Origin: a virus
Taxonomy: Duplodnaviria > Caudoviricetes
IMG/VR virus record: IMGVR_UViG_3300017700_000500
Location: 1 to 40,453 of that record
Strand: one strand, 5' to 3'
DNA length: 40,453 nt
A model generated the notes under the pieces. That model was not told where the DNA came from, did no database searches, and saw only the letters and a list, made by a program, of their open reading frames with translations. Shown piece by piece: positions 1 through 7,835 of this stretch (the first letter of the stretch is position 1; the number at the start of each line of letters is the position of its first letter). Position numbers and translations under genes: made by a program.

Positions 1-123
1 CCCCCTGAATTCGACTACGAGTTTTGGGAAAAGTTGGAGCAAGCGGTGAAAGACAAGGCAGACAACCGAGATAACCAGGGAGCCAGTGATGGACGCAATA
101 CTGAAGATTGAGGCGGCTTTGGC
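1..123. repeat. Terminal direct repeat, copy 1 (circular-assembly overlap)
   Basis: Identical to 40331-40453; ORFs read through the junction. Confidence 0.95.
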
Positions 124-502
124 AAAGAAGCCGACAGCTGGAAACTGGAAAACAAGGCGCGGCTTCTTGGGGTGTTTGGAGGTATTTCCTTCAGACGTAA
201 AGATCACCAAGCCCGGCCACGCGACCTCGATTGTTGAGGTGGACGACAGCTACGACGAATGGCGCGCAAATGCTGCCTACATCGCCGCCTGCAACCCAGC
301 CGCCATCCGCGAAGTCCTCCAGACCCTTGCAAGCAAGGAGGCCGAGGTGGCGAGGTTGCGGGAAGCGTTGGGCGACGAGAAAACCGCATTCTATGACGGC
401 TACGGTGCGGCGCACGACGACATAAACAACCTTCGCGCTCCTGCAATTCAGATTGCGTGGGACCGTCGCGCCGCCCTCACCCCACAACCCCCGAAGGATT
501 GA
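86..502 (+). CDS. Ead/Ea22-like early protein
   Basis: PTAGNW...NAAYIAACNPAAIREVL motif followed by a coiled coil. Confidence 0.7.
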   Translation: MMDAILKIEAALAKKPTAGNWKTRRGFLGCLEVFPSDVKITKPGHATSIVEVDDSYDEWRANAAYIAACNPAAIREVLQTLASKEAEVARLREALGDEKTAFYDGYGAAHDDINNLRAPAIQIAWDRRAALTPQPPKD

Positions 503-503
503 C

Positions 504-674
504 ATGAACAACGCCTACGAACGCGAAGAAGACGAGCTGTATCAAGACCTTGCTGCCGGACGAATCACGCAGGCCGAGTTCAACAAGCAGCTCAAGGAAA
601 TGCAATCGGCATATCGCGGCGAGTGCGAAGAGGCCTGCTGGGCCGCTTTCGAGAACGAACGCAACAACTGGTAA
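504..674 (+). CDS. Small acidic hypothetical protein (56 aa)
   Basis: AAGGA before ATG 504; fills the operon gap. Confidence 0.65.
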   Translation: MNNAYEREEDELYQDLAAGRITQAEFNKQLKEMQSAYRGECEEACWAAFENERNNW

Positions 675-683
675 GGAACTGAA

Positions 684-2081
684 ATGACCGACAAATCACA
701 CAGCCCAGCGGTAGAGGCGGCAGTACAGCAGTTGATGAAACAGATCAACGACTATGTGGGCCACCGTGTTGAAATGGAAACGATGCCGGGGCACGCCGAG
801 CTTGAAGCGGTTGAGCGCGCTACCGATGCGGTTGCCAGTGCCGAAACTTCGCTCGAATCGGCCATCCGCGCCGCCCTTACCAGCCAGCAGGAGGTGGCGG
901 CACCTGTCTCCGCTGCGGAGGCCGTTGCTGTGGCGATGGTCAAAATGCCGCGTTCGCGCCTCGTCAACCTGATTGCTTCCAACGAATTGCTGGAATTCGC
1001 TGACCACATCCGCGCCGCCAGCCGTGCGCCGGTTGCGGTGGGGGTGGAGTCGAACGACAAGACCGAGAGCCTCTTGAGCATGGCTATCGGCATCATCCAA
1101 GGCGCCCGAAATCGAGGCTACCCGTACACAGACAACAGCCCTATCGCGAAGTTTGTTGCCGAAGCCGCCGAACATTTGAAGAACTGGCCCGCCACCCAGC
1201 CAGCCGGTGCTGGTGGGTCAGTGGGGGCGAGCCGGGAGCAGGATTCTTTTCATGTGGCCAACGCTGAAAGCAGCCGCGTGCAAGGGGCGGAGCCGGTGGG
1301 CCGGGAGCATAGCTACGCGATTCAGGAAGCGCATCGCATCGCAGATTGCGAGTCGTATTTCAAGGCCCGTCCGCAGATCGACACACTGGACCGCCGCCGC
1401 GTGTTTGAGGCTGGCTTTGATCGTGGCTACAGCGCCACCCCAGCGCCTTCTGTTCCTGCGGGGGGTGAGGCCGCGACAAAGTTCAAAGTGCGCGACCGGC
1501 TTATCCAGAGATCGTCAGGGCGCGTTGCTACGGTGATCGCGCTGACAACCCGAGGTTTTCGCTATTTTCTTGACGAGCGATGGGAGCTAGGGCCGCGCCA
1601 CGGCTTCATCGATGAGGGTGAGTCATTTGATGACAGCCAGTGGGAGCCCATCCTGGCGCAGGATGCCGCACCAGCAGTGGCCGTAGAGGCGGTGGAGTGG
1701 ACCGCGAAGTCTTTCAGGGAGCATGGCGGCCCGAACTGGTGGATCACGATTGAAAGCCCGACAAACGGCCAGATCAACGTGAAGTGCACCAAGGAAAACG
1801 CGGTTCGGATGGCACTTGAAATCGCAGCCGCCCCATCAGTGGTGCAGCCCACCCCGGGGCAGGCCGACCAGGTCAACTCCGTTTATTTGGGCGGTTGTGC
1901 TAGTGGCAACGTGCAAGCGCCGGGGCTGTTTAAGAATGGCAACACGGGCTATCTGTCTACCGACATTGCGCTGGCCTTGGTCTGCGAGAACTGCGGCCAG
2001 ACTTACGGCGCGCACTTCGGCCCGAAATGCCCTGAGTCCATTCTCTCCACCGCCAGCCCTGCGGGTGAGGGGAAATTGTGA
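684..2081 (+). CDS. Mosaic multi-module early protein with Ala/Pro linkers and a C-terminal CxxC..H..C
   Basis: 465-aa ORF, AAGGA RBS, GTGA overlap with the next gene. Confidence 0.75.
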   Translation: MTDKSHSPAVEAAVQQLMKQINDYVGHRVEMETMPGHAELEAVERATDAVASAETSLESAIRAALTSQQEVAAPVSAAEAVAVAMVKMPRSRLVNLIASNELLEFADHIRAASRAPVAVGVESNDKTESLLSMAIGIIQGARNRGYPYTDNSPIAKFVAEAAEHLKNWPATQPAGAGGSVGASREQDSFHVANAESSRVQGAEPVGREHSYAIQEAHRIADCESYFKARPQIDTLDRRRVFEAGFDRGYSATPAPSVPAGGEAATKFKVRDRLIQRSSGRVATVIALTTRGFRYFLDERWELGPRHGFIDEGESFDDSQWEPILAQDAAPAVAVEAVEWTAKSFREHGGPNWWITIESPTNGQINVKCTKENAVRMALEIAAAPSVVQPTPGQADQVNSVYLGGCASGNVQAPGLFKNGNTGYLSTDIALALVCENCGQTYGAHFGPKCPESILSTASPAGEGKL

Positions 2082-2422
2082 TTCAGCTTCGCACGCCATG
2101 GAACGACGGAGCAGCCTTGGCTACTGCCGTCAAGCGTGCGAACTCGGCCCTCACAGCAGAATGCGCAGCCGTGGACAGGATAGCCGACAGGTTCCGTCTT
2201 CATGGCCGCTTGCCAGAAAGCTACAAGCGCTCCATTTGGAGACCGGCCACCGGCTTCACCATCGACGTGAATCTTGATGGCGCCATCCTCGCCGTAGCCG
2301 AAACTTCCGAGGGGATCAGCGGCGGCGCTGTTGGCTCGTGCATCCCGAACAACACGCTCGTGCAACTTTTAAACATTTGGACTGAGCAACAACGCCAGCC
2401 CGTACAAGGGAGCCTATTTTGA
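2078..2422 (+). CDS. Hypothetical protein
   Basis: 4-nt start/stop overlaps on both sides. Confidence 0.65.
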   Translation: MIQLRTPWNDGAALATAVKRANSALTAECAAVDRIADRFRLHGRLPESYKRSIWRPATGFTIDVNLDGAILAVAETSEGISGGAVGSCIPNNTLVQLLNIWTEQQRQPVQGSLF

Positions 2423-2940
2423 CCACAACCACACCCCATGGGGCGCTGTCCGACCTGCTCGAACACATTATTCACGACTACGTGCCGACGACATTGCAAT
2501 TGCAAGTCCGCAGCGCGATCAATGACCATACCCACCGTGCAATCCAGCAAGCCGCTGGCGCTGTACCCGAAGGGTGCCAGATTGTCTCGGTGAAGTTGTC
2601 CGAGCCAGTCCGTGACGTGCTGATCGACAGGTTCGACAAGGTCTCGCGTGGTGCTTGCCTGCTGTTCACTGACGTGTGGGCCGACATCCTCGCCGCCTCC
2701 CCCTCCTCGCCGGTACAGCCGAATTCAGGTCATTTGGGGGCGGGCGGGAGTCAGGATCATTTGGTCCCGTGTGCTGGTGGCGGGGTAAAAGTTCCTCTGA
2801 CGGATGAGAAGAGGCGCGACATTGCAACCAATTGGTTTGCCGAGGAATGGGCCATCAAGAAGGCACTCGGATTAATAGACGACATCGAAGCCGCCCACGG
2901 AATAAATCCTGGCTCTGCTACCCGGGAGGATGGTAAATGA
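2419..2940 (+). CDS. Hypothetical mosaic early protein
   Basis: Coupled overlaps on both sides. Confidence 0.6.
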   Translation: MTTTTPHGALSDLLEHIIHDYVPTTLQLQVRSAINDHTHRAIQQAAGAVPEGCQIVSVKLSEPVRDVLIDRFDKVSRGACLLFTDVWADILAASPSSPVQPNSGHLGAGGSQDHLVPCAGGGVKVPLTDEKRRDIATNWFAEEWAIKKALGLIDDIEAAHGINPGSATREDGK

Positions 2941-3131
2941 ACACCACCGTTGCAATCCTCGTCCCAGAGTGGGCCGTCTGGCTGTTTGTGCTTTTGGCGG
3001 TCATCAGCATGGTCGAAAGTGCCTCCAAGATTTACGTCCACTACTTGACGGCAAAACTCGAAAAGCAACGCGCCGCTGCTGAAATCGGCAAGTCTGGCTA
3101 TGCTGCATCTGGGCACGGGGGTGGGACGTGA
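2937..3131 (+). CDS. Small single-TM membrane protein
   Basis: Hydrophobic WAVWLFVLLAVISMV; ATGA and GTGA overlaps. Confidence 0.65.
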   Translation: MNTTVAILVPEWAVWLFVLLAVISMVESASKIYVHYLTAKLEKQRAAAEIGKSGYAASGHGGGT

Positions 3132-3631
3132 GCTATCCGGCAATTCTTGATCCGTGCTGCGGTAGTCGCATGTTCTGGTTTGACCCGAAGAACCAGGGCG
3201 TGCTGTTCGGCGATATCCGCGACGAATCCCACATCCTTTGCGATGGCCGGGCGCTGGAGGTCAAGCCCGACGTGCAGATGGACTTCCGCTCCATGCCGTT
3301 CCCTGACGGGTCTTTCAAGCTGGTGAGCTTCGACCCGCCGCACCTTCGCAAGGCCGGCGCGTTGAGCTGGCTGGGCCTCAAGTACGGCGTGCTTGGCCAA
3401 GACTGGCGGGAGGATATCCGTAAGGGATTTGCTGAGTGTTTCCGCGTTCTGGAGCCCGAGGGAATTCTGATTTTCAAGTGGAACGAGGACCAGATAAAGG
3501 TCAGCGAGATTTTGGCCCTGACCGACCAAAAGCCGCTATTTGGTCACAAGTCGGGGAAGCGCATGGCGACACACTGGATCACTTTCATGAAGTCCGCCGC
3601 CGCTCAACCAAAGGAGGGGCCGGGAGTATGA
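3128..3631 (+). CDS. Class I SAM-dependent methyltransferase (amino-MTase-like, DPPH)
   Basis: ILDPCCGSRMFW SAM-binding motif and FDPPH motif. Confidence 0.85.
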   Translation: MSYPAILDPCCGSRMFWFDPKNQGVLFGDIRDESHILCDGRALEVKPDVQMDFRSMPFPDGSFKLVSFDPPHLRKAGALSWLGLKYGVLGQDWREDIRKGFAECFRVLEPEGILIFKWNEDQIKVSEILALTDQKPLFGHKSGKRMATHWITFMKSAAAQPKEGPGV

Positions 3632-3834
3632 GCTCCATGCTTTCAGACGACGAGCTAAAGGAGCTCAGCGGCCTGAAACAAGGGGCTGCGCAGGCTAAAT
3701 TCCTCCAGCGTGCCTATGGGCTGACCGTGCCCCGGCGCCCTGACGGACGTGTGCGCGTAACATGGGACGCCATTAACCAGGCCGTCGCCCGAGTCAAATC
3801 AGCGCCGGCCACCGGCCCAAGGTGGACAAAATGA
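3628..3834 (+). CDS. xis: Excisionase-like protein (DUF4224-type)
   Basis: LSDDELKELSGLKQGAAQAKFL...RPDGR; ATGA-coupled directly upstream of int. Confidence 0.75.
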   Translation: MSSMLSDDELKELSGLKQGAAQAKFLQRAYGLTVPRRPDGRVRVTWDAINQAVARVKSAPATGPRWTK

Positions 3835-4856
3835 AGCAGCGCGATCGTCAGTCAGCATCCGGCCTCCTGCCGCGCATGGAGGCGCGGCCACGAAAGGACG
3901 GGCTGACGACCTACCGCTACCAGACGATCGACCGCAAGGCGATCAACTTGGGCACGGACAAGCAGGCGGCGATTCGCAAAGTGCTGGACATGCTGGGGCG
4001 ATCGCCCGATGAAGGGACGGTAAAAAGCCTGTGGCGGCTGTATCAGGAAGGGTCAGCATGGGCGCAACTCAAGCCCGACACCCAAAGGGACTACCTCCAA
4101 TGCTCAAAGCCCCTGCTGGCGGTTTTTGGGGATGTGGCGGCGAGCTCCATCCGGCCCGCTGACATTCACCGCTACCTACGGATTGAGCGGGCTGACGCCC
4201 CGATACGGGCAAACCGGGAAAACTCCCTGCTTTCCAACCTGTTGAACGTGGCGATCGAGCGCGGCGAGCTCGATGTGAACCCCTGTAAGCAGATCCGCAG
4301 GAACAAGGAAACACCGCGCCGGGTGGCCCCGGAGCTCGCCCAGATTCAGGCGCTGGTGAAGTTTGCCTACGAAAAGGGCGGGCAGTGGGTCACGATCGTG
4401 ATGGCGGCTGAGTTCGCATCACTGGCCGGCCCGCGCCAAATCGAGTTTTTACCCATGACTTGGCCGTACATTGGGGAGGCTGAAATCAGGATTGTTCGGG
4501 CCAAGCAGCGGCAAGGTGCGCCGGTCATTGTGGACAAGGTGGAGATTTCCCCGGCGATGGCCGAGCTCATCGAGCGCATGCGAGCTCGCAGGAAAGACGA
4601 CTGCCTGACCGTTTTCCCGAACCGGCACGGCAACCCGTACACGCGATCGGGCTTCAAGGGGATGTGGGGCAAGCTGCGATCGGCGGCGCTCAAGGCCGGT
4701 GTGATAACCCAGCAATTCACCTTCCACGACTTGCGTGCGTTTTATGCAACACAGCACAAGGCCCGGACGGGCGAACATGCCAATTTGCACAAGAACCAAG
4801 CCACGACAGCCACGATTTACGATCGTGAAACCGTGCAGAATAGGCGATCGCTGTGA
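3831..4856 (+). CDS. int: Tyrosine integrase
   Basis: Catalytic R (GPRQ), FHDLR, H...IY; next to a tRNA-derived att core. Alternative GTG start at 3822. Confidence 0.95.
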   Translation: MKQRDRQSASGLLPRMEARPRKDGLTTYRYQTIDRKAINLGTDKQAAIRKVLDMLGRSPDEGTVKSLWRLYQEGSAWAQLKPDTQRDYLQCSKPLLAVFGDVAASSIRPADIHRYLRIERADAPIRANRENSLLSNLLNVAIERGELDVNPCKQIRRNKETPRRVAPELAQIQALVKFAYEKGGQWVTIVMAAEFASLAGPRQIEFLPMTWPYIGEAEIRIVRAKQRQGAPVIVDKVEISPAMAELIERMRARRKDDCLTVFPNRHGNPYTRSGFKGMWGKLRSAALKAGVITQQFTFHDLRAFYATQHKARTGEHANLHKNQATTATIYDRETVQNRRSL

Positions 4857-4935
4857 GCTCGCATTACCGCCGTGGTAACTTTGACGGTAATTCGCGCTGT
4901 GGATTTCAACAGTGCGAAGTGAGAAACTTCAATGA

Positions 4936-4948
4936 AATCAACAAGTTA
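4936..4948 (+). promoter_or_regulatory. IHF binding site in attP
   Basis: AATCAACAAGTTA matches WATCAANNNNTTR exactly, 2 nt from the att core. Confidence 0.7.
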
Positions 4949-4950
4949 AC

Positions 4951-4997
4951 TGGGGTGGCTGATGGGGCTCGAACCCACGACAACAGGAATCACAATC
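4951..4997 (-). other. attP: attP core: 3' half of tRNA-His(GTG)
   Basis: Reverse complement GATTGTGATTCCTGTTGTCGTGGGTTCGAGCCCCATCAGCCACCCCA gives anticodon loop, T arm and CCA; no 5' half present. Confidence 0.92.
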
Positions 4998-5254
4998 TTG
5001 TGTATCGTTCCAATGCTGGCGCGGCCTGTAGCCCGATCGGCGGTAACGAATGCCTGCCAATTAAGCACGGCAGCATGCGGGTTTGCCGAGGTTGGTTACC
5101 GCGAAAGTCGAGCTCGACCCCCGGCGTGACAGGCCGGAGTCAAAACCCAATAAACATGCGGAAAGCAGCTATTCTGCATATTCCAAAGTCACCCAAAACA
5201 CCCCAGCATCTGCGCGGGGCTTGGTTGCGTGATTCCAAAGTTTTTAAGGAGTGA

Positions 5255-5746
5255 GTGATGGGAGTTGCATACGAAGCGATGATGTTTGCCCGCGAGGTCC
5301 ACAAGGACCAAGTCCGCAAATATACTGAGAATCCCTATGTTGACCATTTAGCCGAGGTTGCCGGGATTGTCTCAACCGTTGCGCATGCTGAGGTCATGAT
5401 TGCGGTGGCGTGGCTACATGATTGCATGGAAGACCAAGGCGTTGATGTTTGGGATCTCACGCGACGCTTTGGGGGCACTGTAGCCGTAGGCGTGCAGCGA
5501 CTTTCAGACATGGAAACAGGAAATAGGGCCGAAAGAAAAGCCGCCTCCCGCATCAGGCTTGGCGACTCGGCTGCATGGGTGCAAACCATCAAATGCGCGG
5601 ACCTAATCAGCAACACGTCCAGCATTGTCAAGCACGATCCGAAGTTCGCGGTAACGTACCTTGAGGAAAAACGGCTGTTGCTGGATGTGCTGACTAAGGC
5701 GGACCCGCGATTGCTAGAACTTGCCAGAAAACAGGCAACCGTATAA
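5255..5746 (+). CDS. HD-domain (p)ppGpp hydrolase-like protein (Mesh1/small alarmone hydrolase type)
   Basis: H..Q.RK...PY..H, WLHDCMED and KCADLISN motifs; AAGGAG RBS. Confidence 0.85.
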   Translation: MMGVAYEAMMFAREVHKDQVRKYTENPYVDHLAEVAGIVSTVAHAEVMIAVAWLHDCMEDQGVDVWDLTRRFGGTVAVGVQRLSDMETGNRAERKAASRIRLGDSAAWVQTIKCADLISNTSSIVKHDPKFAVTYLEEKRLLLDVLTKADPRLLELARKQATV

Positions 5747-5855
5747 CCCCCGCGCCCGCGAATACACCCAACAGACCGCACGCGCAATCGGTGGATTAAT
5801 CACAACACAGACCGCCCCGGGGTGCTAAGTTGGAGGGCTACTCTTGGAGTTCTCC

Positions 5856-5957
5856 ATGAAACCTCTTAGCGATATGTCAATGCTCGAATGGGGCCTGCTA
5901 GCCGTGATCGTCGTCGGCGCCGTGATCTGGTGGCTGAGGTCGCGCAAGAAGCCCTAG
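5856..5957 (+). CDS. 33-aa single-TM peptide MKPLSDMSMLEWGLLAVIVVGAVIWWLRSRKKP
   Basis: Translated by hand; GGAG RBS at 5846; stop overlaps the Rz stop in CTAG. Confidence 0.6.
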   Translation: MKPLSDMSMLEWGLLAVIVVGAVIWWLRSRKKP

Positions 5958-6400
5958 GGCATCACACACACTTCTCGGGCGTAGTCCTGCAGAGCGCTTG
6001 CTGTGCCCGCCAGTTTTTGAGCGTGGTCGTCCAGTAAGACAAGCTTTCTTGCACATTCACCGGCGATTGCGGCAAAGGGGCCATCAGAGCCGCTGGTGGT
6101 GGCGGGATTTGCGGTGGCGCTAGCAAGGGCGGCTTCGTACTCCCGCAGGCGGTCAGCAGTAGCGGCAGCAGCAGCAAGACGCTTGCGCTCTTTTTGTTGA
6201 TAGGCATGGTCAACTCCTTGGTTTTTGATGGTGCGGGCTTTTTCGTCGCGGCGCAGGGCTTCGCTCTGTTCCAGGCGCTCGGCATCCCACGCGGCCCGGA
6301 TAACGCCCTTGCCGGACTTGTAGGCGGTGTAATGGGTGAACGCGAGGCCGGCGGTCATGACAATGGCGGCCCATACGCGCCAGTTCAGAAACGCGGTCAC
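5954..6400 (-). CDS. Rz: Inner-membrane spanin (Rz-like)
   Basis: N-terminal TM plus coiled coil; follows the endolysin. Confidence 0.8.
   Translation of the reverse strand: MTAFLNWRVWAAIVMTAGLAFTHYTAYKSGKGVIRAAWDAERLEQSEALRRDEKARTIKNQGVDHAYQQKERKRLAAAAATADRLREYEAALASATANPATTSGSDGPFAAIAGECARKLVLLDDHAQKLAGTASALQDYAREVCVMP
5962..6207 (-). CDS. Rz1: Embedded outer-membrane spanin lipoprotein (Rz1-like)
   Basis: AAGGAG RBS, lipobox LLLTAC, Pro-rich, nested in another frame of Rz. Confidence 0.85.
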   Translation of the reverse strand: MPINKKSASVLLLLPLLLTACGSTKPPLLAPPQIPPPPAALMAPLPQSPVNVQESLSYWTTTLKNWRAQQALCRTTPEKCV

Positions 6401-6870
6401 TTCACAGCCTCACGCGCCTGCCGGTGAAAACCAGCCCATGTGTCAATGTGCGGCTTGCCCGGTCGCCAATTGCGCGTGTAACAGTCCCACGAGCCGACCG
6501 AATCCGATACATCGGGCAATGCTCGCGGGTCGGTCAGCAGCAGCAAGCGGGCAAAACCAGCCGCCAGCACGTCATCAGCCTCAAGCTGTGCCCAGACCTT
6601 CGCAGTCACAGGATCAACGCCCCGGGCTTTGCACAGGTCGTGCGCCTTGTACTTGCTGGCCGAGTGATTCAGCACGCCACGCACGCCGCCGCCGGATTCA
6701 AATTGCCAGAACCCGGTGGCCGGCCCGTTGTTCATCTGTCGGCGATACAGGAAGCGGCTTTCCTGCAAGCCGATGGCGAGCATCATCACCCGAGCCTGCG
6801 GGGTGTCTTTCACGCCAATCAAGTCAATGGCGGGGAGATATGCGTCTTGAATGATTTCGTCAAGGGTCAT
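6397..6870 (-). CDS. Endolysin (lysozyme-like fold)
   Basis: AIGLQES...GPATGFWQFE motif; lies between holin and spanins. Confidence 0.8.
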   Translation of the reverse strand: MTLDEIIQDAYLPAIDLIGVKDTPQARVMMLAIGLQESRFLYRRQMNNGPATGFWQFESGGGVRGVLNHSASKYKAHDLCKARGVDPVTAKVWAQLEADDVLAAGFARLLLLTDPRALPDVSDSVGSWDCYTRNWRPGKPHIDTWAGFHRQAREAVK

Positions 6871-7274
6871 TTCTTTTGCTCCGGTTCTATGCCAAGGCGC
6901 TTTTCAAGGACTTTCTGACCAAGGGATTCAAGCCACGCCAAGCCCCGGGCGCCCGCGTGCCCGCTCATGCCGACAATCGCCGCAGTGAGCAGGGGAGGCA
7001 TTCCCCACCACTCGCACAGGTAGAACGCCATCAACCCAGCGAAGGCGCTCATGCAAAGCTCGCCGATCAGCGCGCTGATGTTGAACAGGGCAAGCTCGCC
7101 GCGCCGAACCTTGCCCCAGAAGCTGGCTATGCCGCCCAGAATGGCGACGGCCAGCACCATGCCGTACTCCCGGAGGGAATAGCTCAGCGGCGTTTTGAGG
7201 ATGGTTTGCGCCCAGCCTGTAAGCGGCATAAGCAGATACATGCAAAGTACTAATGTCAGCAGAAAGCGGGTCAT
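6867..7274 (-). CDS. Holin
   Basis: Several TM segments, charged C-terminus, first gene of the lysis cassette. Confidence 0.8.
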   Translation of the reverse strand: MTRFLLTLVLCMYLLMPLTGWAQTILKTPLSYSLREYGMVLAVAILGGIASFWGKVRRGELALFNISALIGELCMSAFAGLMAFYLCEWWGMPPLLTAAIVGMSGHAGARGLAWLESLGQKVLEKRLGIEPEQKK

Positions 7275-7400
7275 CTGGCTCAGTCCTTATCAGCAAAGGG
7301 GAATAGAATTCGGCGCATGGACGGGCCCGATTTGTTGTGATTTATTTACAACTAAGGGTTTTTGCTGGAACTTGCCAAAACCCGGTGCATAGAATCCCGC

Positions 7401-7835
7401 ATGAACGTCACCCTTCGCCCGGCCACCCTCAAGGACGCGGAGCTTTTGCTTTCGTGGCGCAATGACTCGGAAACCCGGGCGCGCAGCTTCAACAGCGAAG
7501 TCGTTCAACTGTCGGATCACATCGCATGGCTTCGCAAGTCGCTGGACAACCCGGCGCGTGAGCTTTTCGTTGCGGAGTGCGAAGGAAAGCCAGTGGGCAC
7601 CGTTCGGGCGGATCTTGAGGGTTCCGTAAAGGAGCTGTCGTGGACAATCGCCCCGTGCGAGCGCCGGCAGGGCCTTGCCAAAGCCATGGTCCGGGAACTT
7701 GTTGCCAAGATCGACGGCGACTTGCGGGCCGAAATCAAGCCGGACAACATCGCGTCTGTCCGCGTTGCTATGCACATCGGCATGCTCAAAAACGGCGAGA
7801 TTGACGGGGTGTTGCATTACATCCTGCGCCGTTAG
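7401..7835 (+). CDS. GNAT N-acetyltransferase (PseH/RimJ-like) moron
   Basis: LRPAT..D..LL.WRND, RRQGLAK acetyl-CoA motif, N.AS; opposite strand to the late operon. Confidence 0.85.
   Translation: MNVTLRPATLKDAELLLSWRNDSETRARSFNSEVVQLSDHIAWLRKSLDNPARELFVAECEGKPVGTVRADLEGSVKELSWTIAPCERRQGLAKAMVRELVAKIDGDLRAEIKPDNIASVRVAMHIGMLKNGEIDGVLHYILRR

Noticed and set aside
4951-4997. Functional tRNA-His gene
   Set aside because: Only the 3' half is present, with no D arm or 5' acceptor strand; it is the attP core.
4853-5254. 133-aa ORF across attP
   Set aside because: It spans the recombination site, would be split on integration and has no recognisable motif.
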